Positions 11,512 through 24,992 of a stretch of 64,000 nucleotides of DNA are shown here, one piece after another. The notes under the pieces are model-generated. The model made no database searches. It was not told the origin of the DNA and saw nothing but the letters and a program-made list of their open reading frames with translations. The translations under genes were made by a program, and so were the position numbers. Within the stretch, counting starts at the first letter, position 1. Each line of letters begins with the position of its first letter. Location: assembly GCA_013265495.1 (NCBI GenBank), contig MU061579.1, positions 4,488,327 to 4,552,326 on the forward strand, in the 5' to 3' direction. This DNA is from Vicugna vicugna. Its lineage: Eukaryota.

Positions 11512-13457
11512 ATCAAGATGATAAAGATCTATATTAGGACCACAACAGTGAAAATGGAGGTATAATGAACGCATTTTGGAGGAAAAGTCTACGAGATTAA
11601 TGACTGAGTATATGAACTTAGAGAGAAGGAAGAATCTCAGGTTGTTTTCAAGACTGGTTATTAAGGAATTCCTAAGTTTTAAAGTCTCATATCTTTGTAG
11701 TATTTTTCTTTTCTATGCCATTATACTATTCTCTTTACCAAGATTTCTCTTTTGATCTACTTATATATGCTTAATAAAGTTCTAGTAATCTTTGAAGACT
11801 AACTCAAATATCACTCACCACCATTGTGAGTATTTCTCCACTCTTAGCTCTCTAACAGAATATTCTCTTTCTTCTTTGAATCACGAGTTATCACTAGTTA
11901 TTTTGTGATGAACACATTTCCCATGTCTTTAACGGCAGAAACTTGCATCATTTTTATATCTCTTTACACTGCATATGGTATAATAAGTGCTTTAAAATGT
12001 TGAATGGTTTACTTGATGAATAAGATATGAAACAGGAATATTTTTTCATAATGAACAACTATTATTATTATAAAAACTCAATATACCTTAATATTATTAT
12101 TGATTTTGAAATAATAGGCTAACTGTACAGTCTCTGTATATTTATTTTCAAACAATTGTTTGAATAGAGCAGGTAAAATATGAATATGAAGTATAATTTC
12201 AGTAATATAAAGTATGGAAATATAGAACAATTAAACATATCTATCAAAACTAGAACTTCATCAAGTAACCCAATAATCATTTCATATAAAGCAAAATAAA
12301 TGGTCAAAAATGAATGTGATGGAGTTAAGTACTTCTCTAAGAAGCAGAAATCTTGCTTGACATTAGTCAATGCTATTTTCTTAATATTATCATAGGTTTG
12401 ATCAGAGAATATGGGTTCGGACTGAAAAAGGTGAAGAGAGGCTAGGGATAGATTCTATTTTTCATAGCTTAAAAAAAGAAGTCTAAAAATTTAATCTACA
12501 GGTATACTTTTAAATTTTCTAGAAAATATGTGAAGGATCATACCAACACTTCAGAAAAATATTTATAAAATTATGTTTCAAAATATAACCAGTTCATTAT
12601 ACTCAGAATAAAGGATTAAAATGAACTTTAGGGGCCAAATATTTCAAAGTAACTTTTACAAAGCTTTGCCTCCATGCCTTGAAACAAGTGAATTGTCTTT
12701 CTTCACACGCCCTCTTATTCAGCATCCCCACTGAGTTATTGTAAATTATTTCACTAATAAACTGCAGCTTGAATTTCTTTAATCTTTAAAAAAAATGCTT
12801 TTCTTTTTATAGTGTTATATGATGGCATTTTGAAGTTATGTAATGTCAGAGAGTATAATTTTTTAGTTTAAAAATAAACTTTGTATTTTTAAAATTTAAA
12901 ATACAAAGAAAATGTTCTAGTTTTATTGTGTCACCTAACAAAATTATGGATTATCTTATCAATATATATCAATGAACTGTTATAATATTTTACATTGTTT
13001 AAATCTCAAAATACAAAAATAATTCCACAAACAGTGAAAATTGGAAGAATTAAATGTCTGTTTTATCTACAAGACCTCAAAAAATTAGCTCCTTTGGAAT
13101 GTTTTGCTGAATTTGGAAAAACCAAATCTTGAAATGATCTTTTGTAGAGAAACAAAGCTACACAGGCACATTATTTAAAATAATTAGGTAATAGAAAATG
13201 AAACACTGTATATTTGCATTAATGGTTAAAAAATAATTTCCTCTAGCCACTTAGGCAGAACCATATTCCCATTATGCTAATGTGGTTGTTGTTTTCCATA
13301 CTCAATCTACCTCCATATAAAATTCATTAGCTCCACTTCAGTGTACAGATTTTTAAATCTGTCATATTGTTATTATCTCTGCCATGGCAAATGTAAAACC
13401 CTGGCCTTCTTATATTCACCCTCTTCTACTTATATTTCACTTTAACACATAATCAGA

Positions 13458-13491
<34 letters not shown>
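13458..13491. repeat. Compound (TA)n(CA)n microsatellite
   Basis: Directly visible. Confidence 0.95.
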
Positions 13492-13544
13492 GTTTGTGTA
13501 TCTTGGCTCTGAAATATGAGGGGTCATCAGTTGATAGTTTCTTT

Positions 13545-13770
13545 GTAATTAAGACCACAGGGTTTGCTGGTTGACTTAAGTTTGAACTCCTCAAGTACTT
13601 GTTACTCATATGGCCTTGGTAAGTTGCATCACCTATCAAAGCTTCAATTTTCTCAATTTTGAACATAGGACCTTTAATTCAGTGCTTTGGGGATAAATGA
13701 AAGAGATACTGCATTTAAAGTGCTTAGCTTGATGGCTGGCTCATAGTAAGCCTTAAATAAACATTAGTCA
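13545..13770 (+). mobile_element. MIR SINE
   Basis: Core 'ccttggtaagttgcatcacct...tcaattttctcaattttgaacatagg' and tail 'aaagtgcttagc...ctggctcatagtaagc'. Confidence 0.7.
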
Positions 13771-14688
13771 AAATTATAATTAGATCACTGGAATAGCAGA
13801 CTCTGAGGTTATAAAATCTTCCAAAGCCTGCAATTTCAGACTTCTAGTTAAATTTGAAGTCATACAAAGTTAATGAAAAGATGTAGGCTTAAGAATCTGA
13901 ACATATGTTCGTCAGATAAATATACGAGGGAATAGGACGAAGCAATGGAAGTAGTAAAAATCTTGTGAAAAGGGTCTAACGTCCAATTTTACTACATAGG
14001 GAAAAGAGTTCTGAATGCTTCTGAAGTAGAGGTTATTAGAACACTTTTCAAAGGTCCCACAGTATGAAGGGCTGGTGAAAGGAAGAATTAACCTGTGTGA
14101 AAGAAAGTGAAGCAAAACAAACAAAACAGCTCAACTGATCACCTTCCAGCTGCCACTTTTCCAGTTTAGTGTGTTTCAGCTAGAATAGACTGGTGAACTC
14201 AGTTCTGAAATCAAGCTTTTCATTTGCAATTTTCTACTGCTGGAGGACACTCTCAGGATAATAAAACAGCCCTGCTATTGGAGACCCAACATATTTAAAA
14301 AAAAAAAAAAAAAGAGCTGCTATCTCCTGATTGCTTCTTTGCATTTGGTCTCTTCTCCATTTCATTTTAGTCAAGTTATAATTGCAATAGAGTCTATACC
14401 ATGTACATGTTAACCGTGGGTTGCATGAAATCCAAAGAATGAGGTAACAACTGAACTGAGTGCTCCTAAGGGGCAGTGAGAATCTAGCTAAATTAAAAAA
14501 AAAAAAGTAAGGTGGAATAATATTTCAGGTAAAAAGAATGTTTTGTATAAAGGAGGATGCTTTGTATAAATGCACAGCCTTAATAGGGGCTGAGGCTATG
14601 TATTTATGCACACATATAAGCTTCATATATATTATATATATGAGCAAATTCTTAAAGGAGATTTTGTGTTCATTTAAGAAGTTTGAAA

Positions 14689-15427
14689 AGTCTTTAGGAT
14701 TTTCTATGTATAAGATCATGTCACTTGCCAACAAATAATTTTACTTTTCTTTCCAATTTAAATGCATTTTACTTATTTTTCTCACCTAATTTCTCTGGCC
14801 AGGGCTTCCAGTATTACCTTGAATAAAAGGGGTGTGCATGTGCATCTTTGCCTCTTTCCTTATCTTAGAAGAAAAGTTTTCAGTTTTTCACAATTTGAGT
14901 ATGATGTTAGCAGTGGGCTTGCCATATATGACATTCAATATGTTGAAGTAAATTCTATACTATACCTAATTTGTTGAGGTTTTAAACATGAAAGTGTGTT
15001 GAATTTTGTCAAATGCTATTTCTGCATCTTTTGAGATAATTGTGTGATTTTTATCATTCATCCTGCTAATGTGGTGTATCACATAGATGAAGAGTTGTTC
15101 AAAAGATATAATCTTTCAGTTATGCAAGATGAATAGAGATCTATTGTACAACATGGTGCCTATAGTTAACAACACTGCGTTGAAGATGGAATCTCATGTT
15201 AAGTGTTCTTACCAGAAAAGAAAAGACTCAAAAACAAAAACTAAAAACAAACAAAAATACAAAGGGGAAGAAGGAGGAAACCCTTGGAGGTGACAGATAT
15301 GCTATTACATTGATTGTAGTGATGGTTTCATGGGTGTATACATATGTCAAAACTCATCAAACTATATACTCTAAATATTTGCAGTTTCTTGTATATCCGT
15401 TATACTTCAATAGAGCTGTTTAAAGAA
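14689..15427 (+). mobile_element. 5'-inverted truncated L1 (L1MA/MB-type): inverted ORF2 piece ~14689-15085 plus sense 3' UTR ~15086-15427
   Basis: Minus-strand ORF2 remnant (DMILYIENPKD in ORF 14525..14734) abuts a plus-strand L1 3' end; TSD AAGTTTGAAA at 14679-14688 and 15428-15437. Confidence 0.8.
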
Positions 15428-16771
15428 AAGTTTGAAACTTATTCTAAAGACGGTTTCTGAAGGACTTGAAGTGGGGAGTCTTGTGATAAGATTTGCATTT
15501 TAGAAAGTACTCTCAGAAGAAAGCAGAAAATAGTTTAGAAAGCTTACAGACCGATAGGAGGAGGAGAGAGAGAAATAGATTTCAGGGGGTATTTTGTCTA
15601 GAAGAACAGTTTGGTCTAGAAGACCAAATCAAGGCAGCATTTTAGGAATGGAGAGGCTGGTACAGATTGCAACAAGATTTGGTGACTTCGTGGATGTAAT
15701 TCGTTGTAATAGAATGAATGCATGCCATTCAGAGCAGTCTAAGGTATTTCACAGGTAATATGTGCTCAGGCCATAAGATGCTGACTCGAAGGATCTGGGA
15801 CTCTTCTGGTATAATCAGGTTTTGTTTTTTGTTTTGTTTCGTTTTGTTTTTGTACAATTCGTAAGTTTCAGGATATCCTCCTTAGTAGCAAAAGTTATAT
15901 ATTTAAAATGACAAGTAGATGATGTTAAATTCATTCCTAGAGACAGTACTCACATTAAAAAAGGCAAAATTTTATGGTGCTTGTGATTTAACTTCTTTTG
16001 TTAATCAAACTTCACTGGATAAGGTTTACAACAATTCTACAATATTGATCTTTTTTCTCCCCCAGTGATTCAAAAGTGTTCACTGAATGTTGATTTTCCA
16101 GCATTCATAGCTAAAACTTGATTTCTACAAAAATCATGGAACTCAGCTGACAACTTATTTATTGATATTTGAGTGACTACAACAATATTAAAATTAGAAG
16201 AATGATATTATTATATAATAAATTCCATTTAAAATAACCTTTATTTGGCAACACTCACCACTCAATATTAATATTATTAAAGATGCTAGTAAATTCTTCT
16301 AAAGGTCTCAATATTGGGATATCATTCAATGTCCAAAATGCTTTATTAGGCCCTTTAAGTAATATATTATTCATTTGATTCATTTGTGAGTTATTATTAG
16401 TGAGTTTTTAAAAAATCTCATCTGGTAAGAGTATATTGAAAGAATAAAATTGGAAATATTTTTCAAGCAGAGTCAGTTTGAAGGTCTTATGATTTATGAA
16501 GTCATACAGAGCGTGGCACTCAGAAAGGCCATATATTTGAACTTTAAAATTCACACCCTCCCCATTCACATTTTAAAATCTAAGATTGTTTGTGTCTTTC
16601 TATGAGTTTGCTTTTTGAGATAAATTTTGCTTTCTAGGTCTTGCAGTAGCATTAAAAATAAGTATAGAGTTTTGAAAAATTGTGAAAAATGCTTTTAGTG
16701 CAGATTTTCCTTAGTATTTATTTATTTTTAAATTTACCCTGTTACATAAAATAATTTCTTTCTACTATAGC

Positions 16772-16942
16772 AAGGGTGGGCAAAACCATTGCCTGGGGCC
16801 AAATTTAACCACACTCATCCAGTAACCTATTGTTTATGGCTATTTCTGAGCTACAACAGCAGATGTTAGTAGTTATAACAGAGACCATCTGGCCTAAAAT
16901 ACTTATAATCTGGCCCTTTACAGAAAAAGTTTGCCAGTTCCT
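16772..16942 (+). mobile_element. MER58-like hAT MITE
   Basis: Ends 'tctggccctttacagaaaaagtttgccagttcctg', typical of MER58. Confidence 0.75.
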
Positions 16943-17390
16943 GTGTTAGGTAGTTAGATAAGTAGGGGCACTGGGCAGATAAAGTGGAGGAGAGGGAGGA
17001 TGATCCAGAAGATGGCCATATCCCTGCCTTCAACATAAAGGGGCTTTACTTCTTCTAAATGAGTGCCAGCAAGAAACCGGTTAGAACCCAGCAGGTGCAA
17101 CTGTGTGGCAGTGACAAGGACCTAACTGGACATGACCCAGTGCTCATTGTGATATAATTAGCACTGCAATCTAGGCCCCTCCATGGGTTTTCCTATTTAT
17201 ATCAGGGGTAAGGACACGTCCAAAAGGGAACAAACATGACTAAGCACTTCAGGGGCAAGAGCTGTCAATCAATCAAGAGACAACCTCTAAGTGAGGATAA
17301 AAGAGAAAGGACAAACAAAGACCCTGCTTTTCTGTTCTTGGATCAGCCTACCTTCACTAGGGTCTTTTCTCATCTCCTTTTAGGATAACA
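16943..17390 (+). mobile_element. ERV LTR (family not identified)
   Basis: Starts TGTTAGGTAGTTAGATAAG, GC-richer, with CAAT-like and GATAAAA motifs; 3' boundary uncertain. Confidence 0.5.
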
Positions 17391-17522
17391 CCTCTACTAT
17401 AGCATGAGAAATGTCAGTTACTGTAGGTTGATGAATATTCCAATGGGAGTTTTATTTATTGTAGGATACTCAACTGGGGAAGCCAATCTTGGGGCTTACA
17501 AGACTACTGATATTTCACATTT

Positions 17523-18386
17523 TTATTGGATTGGGTAGTGTCACTTGAAAAGTCATGTCCATCTAGAACCTGTGAATATGACTGTGAAAACTGTTATCCC
17601 TCCAAAACTGGTATGCTGAGATCCTAACTCCCAATGTGCTGGTGTTACAAGGGAGGATCTTTGGCAGGTAATTATGTTGGAAGGGTGGAGCACTCATGAT
17701 GAGATTAGTGCCTTTAAAAAAGACCCCAGAGAGCTCTTTCATGCCTTCTTCCATGTGAGGACACAGTTGAAAAGACAGCTGTCTATTAGCCAGAGAGTGG
17801 ACTATCTCTAGGCACTCTAGACATTGCATCAGCCAATGCCTTGATCTTGGACTTCCTAGCTTCCAGAACTGTGAGAAGTAAATAACTGATGTTTAAACCA
17901 CCTAATCTGTTTTATTTTTGTTATAGCAGCCCAAACTGACTAAGATGGTGACTTTATTTGTAAATAGGGTCTTTGTAGGTGTCATAAGATTAAGATGTAG
18001 TCATACTGGATTAGGATTACAATCAGAATTAGGGTGGTCACTAAATCCAATGTAATCAATAAGAAGAGGGAAATTTGAGCACAGGCACATACACACGAGA
18101 AAGACGATATGAAGATACAGAAACACAGATACACAGGGAAGAAGGCTGTGTGTCAAAGGAGGCAGTGATTGAAACAATGAGTCCACAAGGCAAGTTAATA
18201 CCAAGGATTGATGGCAAGCATCAAAAGCTAGAAGTGGCAAAGAAAGTTTCCTCCCTAGAGTCCTGGGTCTGGCAGACACTTGATTGCGGACTTCCAGCCT
18301 CCAGAACTGTGAGAGAATAAGCTTCTGTTGTTTTACATCACCCAGTTTGTGCTGTTTTGTTACAAGAGCCCTGGAAAACTAATGCA
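17523..18386 (+). mobile_element. MLT1 (B/C-type) MaLR LTR interrupted by a nested MLT1A-type LTR at 17583-17947
   Basis: Two MLT1 termini (17947, 18386); host text 'gaatatgac|...|gtgactttatttgtaaatagggtctttg' resumes after the insert; 5-bp TSD ATGAC/GTGAC. Confidence 0.8.
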
Positions 18387-20619
18387 GTGTTTTAAACCAT
18401 TGTAATAAATTGCTTAACTATACTTAAAACTATTGAAAAAAATGTCTAACATGTTACTGGTTTAAAGTAGAAGACTAATGGTTATTAGTATTATTCCAGA
18501 GGATTTATACTCTGAATAGGCTTGCCATATGGCAGTTTTACAAAATACATTATTCCCTTTTAATAAAAAACTGTACTGCATTTTAATTATCAATTATGAC
18601 TTAGTGGGTCAACAGAATTCTCCAAGATGAAATAGGATATGTGAATGTTTATCTTAATATTCATTTAGTAAAAGACCAATCGTTTTTTATGATTCTTAAG
18701 AGCATACAAATTAAAGTTATGATGGAAAGTGTAGCTTAATTTCTTCCTTTTATTACTTATGTCTGTTAATTTCATAAGTATTAAATTCCGTAAAGCAATT
18801 ATTGCCAATCATTATAGCTCAAGAGCAATAACTGCTTTATTTGTTAATTAAGTAGTTATTTAAGGCACGTCATTTGGAGTGTTAACAAATATTTACTTAT
18901 TTCTTACTAAGAATAAAAAAAAATTCTTAGTATTTCAGGAGGACAGCCCGGATATCTAAGCTATTGGATATTAAAAAAGTAACTTTGGCAGAATTACATA
19001 ATCAAAGTAGGAAAACGAGAGCGTGAGTAACTATGAGTGTCTTAGCACTTGATATTTGCAGTAACTTACCATCTTTATTTCTCCATAACCATCCTGCTAC
19101 ATTCCAGAACGTTCTGTATATTGTTGTGTTTTAAGGTACCATTGAGTGTGTGCTGCTACATTTATCACTGTGTAATTTGTGGATCCAAGTACCATTTCAG
19201 AACCCCAAACAGCATTTATTAAATTTGTTAAGTAATTATATTTACTGGTGATAATTTCAATTTCACAGTGCAAATCAGCACAGGTGTGCCTGGCAATTCT
19301 GTGTCTTCATCCGCAGAGCCCCTGCTGTACATAAAGCATCCACTAGTAATTTTCTTTAATTCTCTTAATTGCTCGGGGCAGCCTGAGCCACTCTTTTCCC
19401 CTAATTTGATGCTTTCTGTTGTGTTTCATAGAAAACAAAGTAGTCTGGAGAGGGGCCACTTATAATTACAAGAATTGAAATACAAACACACTTGTGTCTA
19501 ATATGGATTTGGAGTCAACTTTGTGGCATTTACATGTATATCTATGTGATATAAACATTTCAGGAAACTAATGGACCAGTCTCAGAGAAGAGAAACAACA
19601 AGAGAAAAGAAAAGCAAAATAAAACAGAAGATTCACATTTTGAAAGATTATGAAGCATACTTTTAACGTAATGATATTAAAATTCAAGCCAATCTTATAA
19701 CAAATCTTATTTTTCCATTGTATTAGAACTTTATAATTATATTCACTTGTATTCCATTTATTTTCCAAAGAATCATTTATGAATGTATATTCTAGTGTTG
19801 TTGAACTTGGAGTTCAACATTGCTTTTGTTTTTTGTTTTTACTACTCCTAACTTTGCACATTCTGTTCCATCTAACTGAAGTTCATGGGACCAGATTTAC
19901 TTTATGCTTTTAGACATCCTCAGTCCTTGATGCATGTGTTTAAAATAAATAAATGGTCGTATGGCTAAATATTGCTCTTAATACCTTTAAAAAGCTGAAA
20001 AGACTACCACTAATATGTTTTGCAATGAAATATTTTAGCTGTATACACCACAATTAAATATGAATTATTTAATGAGTTCAGCTTGTTTCACTTGTATCAT
20101 ATATGGGGAAAAATATAAGCTAATGTTTTAAAGTACTTCAAGAAACAGAACTCTTAATATATTCCGCTGAAATTTTATGCAAGGAAACATAATAGAAGAA
20201 GCCGTTTGCTTCTGGAAAGCTCAATTATCATAGAAAGTAAAATGCTGTTACTAAAGAAACAGGTTCCCGTAGAACAAAGCAAATGACTACATAATTTGAA
20301 ATCTAGCTTGCACCTGCATGAGTGAGAGATAACTTTTGATTCCATTAGTCTCTGTCACTCTGAGCAACATTGTGGATATTGTGTAAAATTAAGTGAGGAA
20401 GGCAACATTTGTTGATGGAATGGCGAACACCTGTTTAATAAAATCATTTTTCTTGTTTCTATTCCCATTTTCAGCAGATGCTATGTAGGATATGGGCCTG
20501 CATTTACCAGGAAACTGGGCAAGCTCTGAGGGATGGCAAAAAATACTACCTGTATCATTATTGGAATGGCTGAAAAATCACCATGGTCCAATGTGAGACA
20601 GTCTTCTATTAATTCAAAT

Positions 20620-20790
20620 GTGTTTGTTCTTAAGATTTTGGAGATTGTCAAATCTTTTGAGAACCTGATTAAATCTAAGAACTCTTTGACCAGAAAAGTA
20701 CATACAGATACAAATTTCCATATTATTTGAGAGGGACATGGATTTCCTAAAGTCCTCATGGGGAATTGATAGATTCCGAGTAAAGATGCC
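20620..20790. mobile_element. Decayed hAT-Charlie MITE
   Basis: 'tttgagaacctgattaaatctaagaactctttgaccagaaaagtacatacagatacaaatttc' resembles old MER-type MITE consensus. Confidence 0.45.
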
Positions 20791-21499
20791 TATTCAAATA
20801 GCTACCTAGTGATCAAAGTGTTTAATCACTGTGAATCTAGTTCACTGATATTTTATATCCAGGGTTCATTCTTCTTGAGCCTGTAAAGTCACTCTATGCT
20901 TAGATAATTTCTTTCAAATAGTTAGGATAACAAATCTCTTACTACTCCCAATTGGCAGGAAAATACAAAAGGACAAGGAATGCATGCTATTAAATATCAT
21001 TCATCAATGTTATTTTATATTTATGATAATTTTTCTTTTGTATGCCACAATTTACTAAACCATTATTTCATTGTTTAGTATTTAGGAATATTTTCATGAA
21101 TAATTGTACAAATCTGGTTTTTCCCTTAGTGTAAATTCTGAGGATTTGGAATAACGTGGCTAAAAAGTGTGAATGTGCTAAAATTATTGAGGCATATTAC
21201 TAAATGGATTACTAATATTACTAAATGGATTACTAAATTGAGGCATATTACTACAAAATAGAAACAAATTATTATTCCACCAATGTTTTTAGCTAAATGT
21301 TATTTCAATATATCCTCAGTAACTGGACAATATTCAATTTGCCATTGAAAAAACAATAAATAAAAAATAAAATGTACTGTTACCATCTTATAAAAGACAT
21401 TATCTGAGACCCAGAATAATAAAATAAGTAATAGATTTTATAACAACTACAGGAGACAAGCAAATCCAGTTTCACGTGACTAATTTTTCTGATGATCTT

Positions 21500-22675
21500 T
21501 GTCAAAGCAAAAATTATATCTGACAAAGTTAAACAAGCAAGAAGACTTTACTCAAGGTTAAAGGGGAGAGAGACCATAATGCAGTGTGAGCTCAACTCCA
21601 GTAAAACAAAAAGCAATGGATTTTAAGCAGAGGCAAAAGAGTGAGAAAATATGGGAGAACACTAGCAGGGAGGTTGATCAATGGGATATGTGGAGCAGAT
21701 TGAGTTATCCCTGAAAATGCAAATATTTTTCTTTGCGATTAGGCCATTGTGCTTACTAATTGAAGTTAGGCTCCTCCCCTCCCACAGAGACTGGGAGGTG
21801 GAGGTGCCATCTCCTTCAGTGCTTGCATTTCAAAGAGGTGGACCCCAGGTTCATTAGGATTATTTCTGGGCAATAAACTGGAAAGAGACTTTCAGAAAAG
21901 ATTGACATCTCAAAGCGATGCAGGAAAACTGATGTGGGACGTGATGGGGGCCATGTCTCAGGCACTGGTTGAGCCCCTGGAACGTACCCCACCAAGGTGG
22001 GTCCTTGGCTTCGCGCAGGAAAGAATTCAAGAGTGAACCACAGTTGAGTAAAGGTAGATTTATTCAGAGAGACCCACTGAAAGGCAAGAGAAAGGCCAGA
22101 GGTGTGGGGGTTGGGTGCTCAGATTGAGAGTGGGTACACACTCTATAGACAGAATGCAGGCCTTCCAAAGTAGGGAAAAAGAGAGAGAGAGTCACCGGGC
22201 GGCTGTGAGGTGCCTGTTGCCAGTTTTTATGGACTTGGTAGCTTCATATGTTAATAAGTGGAAGGACCAGTCTAACTAGTCTGGGAAAAGGGCTGGGATT
22301 CCCAGGAAGTTGGCCATTTCCCACTCTTTGACCTTTTGTGGCTAGCCTTGGGACTGCCATGGTGCCTGTGGGTGTGTTATTGACCGTGTTAATATATTGC
22401 AATGGGCGTATACTGAAGCTCAAGTTCTGCTAGAAGTCAAATCTCCCACCATCTTGAGCCTCAGGTCCTACTGGGGGTTGCATCTTCCACCATTTTGATG
22501 TTAATTGCTGTAGCATTCCTTGAAAGGCTGTGCCCTGCCCCCTTCCTGTCTCAAAAAGGGCAGAGAAATCATTTTGAATTTTAAGTTTTCTCATCTAAAT
22601 ATGCTGAGAAAGAAGGGGACAGAAGCCTAGAATCAGAACAAAGCCTGTTTAAAGTTTTGTCAAGCTTAAGGCCCC
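21500..22675 (-). mobile_element. Old ERV1 LTR (MER67-like), split by a younger LTR
   Basis: Reverse complement contains 'ctcccagtctctgtgggaggggaggagcctaacttc', shared with the 58-585 and 6997-7668 family; resumes at ~22555. Confidence 0.65.
21916..22553 (-). mobile_element. Younger ERV1 solo LTR nested in the older LTR
   Basis: GC/CpG-richer block, (C/T)G...CA ends, tttatt at ~22058, AAAG flanks (21912-21915, 22555-22558). Confidence 0.75.
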
Positions 22676-24992
22676 GGTGATCACTTAATAGCTTAGGCCA
22701 CAGTATAAAAGCAAACTTTAAAGAAATTAAGCCAACCTACTAAAGCATTTAGCTTTACAATGGAATAATGTGATATGTTTCTAAAATTTAGATTAGCTAA
22801 GTGTAGACTTACTTCCTTGAATATCACTTTTATCTGGGAGCCTCTGCTCCAAGATGGTTTAGAGAACTTTTTATTAAGGCTTTTAATGTGTCTTCCTATT
22901 TGAATAATCATTAGGCTTTGGGACTCGGATGTCTGAACATAGTGAAACCTCAGGGAAGAAGCCCAGAAAACTTTCCTCAGCTGGATTCTTACATTCGGGG
23001 AACTTCTAAGTGACACCTGAGGCTTAGTTCAAAACATTCCCAGACGCTTTATATTTGTAAGATCTAGATGTCCAGAGAGACTCTAGTTATACAGTGAAAT
23101 TTCTCTTGTCCAACACAGATGTTTCTGAGCTCATAAATCCACCCTAAGCATTTGGCCGGGAGATGTCAGTCATAGAATATGAACATATCATAGATTAGTT
23201 TCCCATGCGGTGCACAATCAGGCAGAGGTGATAAGATATGCGTGTAACTAAGTGCACTCAAGAAGTGCATGATCTAAAGATGCTGCACAGAGTTACACAT
23301 CCGTTTATAATTTTAACCTGTTCTTCTTTGTGCCATTTTTCCCTTTCTATCTAACTCATTAACTTTCCTTTCCCTTTTTCTGCATACATCACTAAGTTTC
23401 ATAGTAATTGCTTTTCTGTGAATATTCTATTGCTTCTCTCCTCGAGGGAAAACATGCTGTTGTCTATTCATATATTTTTGTCCTTTCCTTCAGTTAATTT
23501 ACTCAGCTCTAGCTGCTGTTCACTCTCAAGGTGAACTTCCTGCTTTCAGAATATATACTCTTTATTATAAAGTGACATCACAAGTATTCAACTTCTCTGG
23601 GTTATAAAAGACACAGATATTGTGCCATTATGAGGCAAGCATACTATGCCCTTGGGCAAAAGTGCGTGCTTTCTTCCTCTCCAAAGAAGATTGCTGCCAA
23701 TTGAAAAAAAAAATGTTTTAAACATGTTAACTGCATTCAGTCACTATTGAAATACGCAAAAGGACAATGTTCTGGTATTGTGCTTTGCTTCTGATTTTTA
23801 TCTTCCTTAATAACTTCTGATAACATTGTGAAGTCATTTTATTAATATACACTTAAGGAAAAATAATTGGCACCATGGCTATGTTTCTGTTCTTCTATCA
23901 TAAATATTCGAGTGAAATTCACTATAATGCCAGCATAATGCAATATTGTATTTTTAATACAATGCGTACCTAAAATTATGTACAACTTGCTAGGTTATGC
24001 ATCATGGATTCTTCACGGGCAAAGGATACTTTAACAGTGACCGGACATGATGAGGAGAAAAGGGAATTTGGAAAAGGAGAGTTAAGCCAAGATGAGACGC
24101 AGGGCGCCTGCATCTCCCTGTGCTGAGCAAAATTGGCTGTCACTGCTCTAAGCATAAGCCTGGCTAAAGGGGAAACCATGGAAGTACATGATAGGGAGGA
24201 CTTTTCTACATCTTACTATCTCCCTCCACACATGAAGGGAAGAGTCAAGTCGAAAAGGTACCAGATGTAAGTTTGTTATTGTTTGCAGGTAAGGAACTCC
24301 TTTGAAAAATCACTCTTAAGGGGAGTTGGGGGACTGGAAATAAATAAAAGAACACACATTAAAAATTGTTCTACTGTTTTGTAGCTTAACAGACAGCCCC
24401 TTCCCAGCAGCAATTAGTGGACTTTAAGTTAAAAGTTTCCTCTTATAAGAAAATAACATGTTAAAAAGGAAAATCTTGTATTTTCTTCCCCAGACTTAGA
24501 TCTCTAGTGAGAGTATAAGAAAAGACTGAAAGATAGGACTTTCTTGGAAGAGATTTTTCTCACTGAGTCAGTCAATTAAGAATTTCAATGCCAACAGTAG
24601 CTCAGAAATTCTGTTTAAAGAAATTTTAAGTTCATTTGTTTATAAAAGAATTCAGTAAAAGTACAATTTAAAGCCAGAAAGTTATTTTCAGATACCTTGG
24701 TTTCAGAAGAATTTCTTTGTTAGAATTTAGGAATTCAGTGTGTAAACCCATTTCCACCCACCTCAGCTAGGATTTAGGCTGCTCTTAGCTTATATCCAAA
24801 CTGCCTTTCTGCTTGAGAGGAATTAGATTACAAATCTCATATGCTTGCCTCATGCATACATTAGGCAGAGAAGCCACCTGCTTATTTCACAAAATGTGTC
24901 TGGAGAAACATTTTTTTTCCTTAAGCTTGTTTACAACCCATTATTTATGTGGTAGTAGCAGAGGACAAGGTTGGAAAGTCACTACTTTCTTT

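Noticed and set aside
24094..24116. Hairpin GAGACGCAGG-GCG-CCTGCATCTC
   Set aside because: 10-bp stem with one mismatch; too short for a pre-miRNA and expected by chance in 64 kb.
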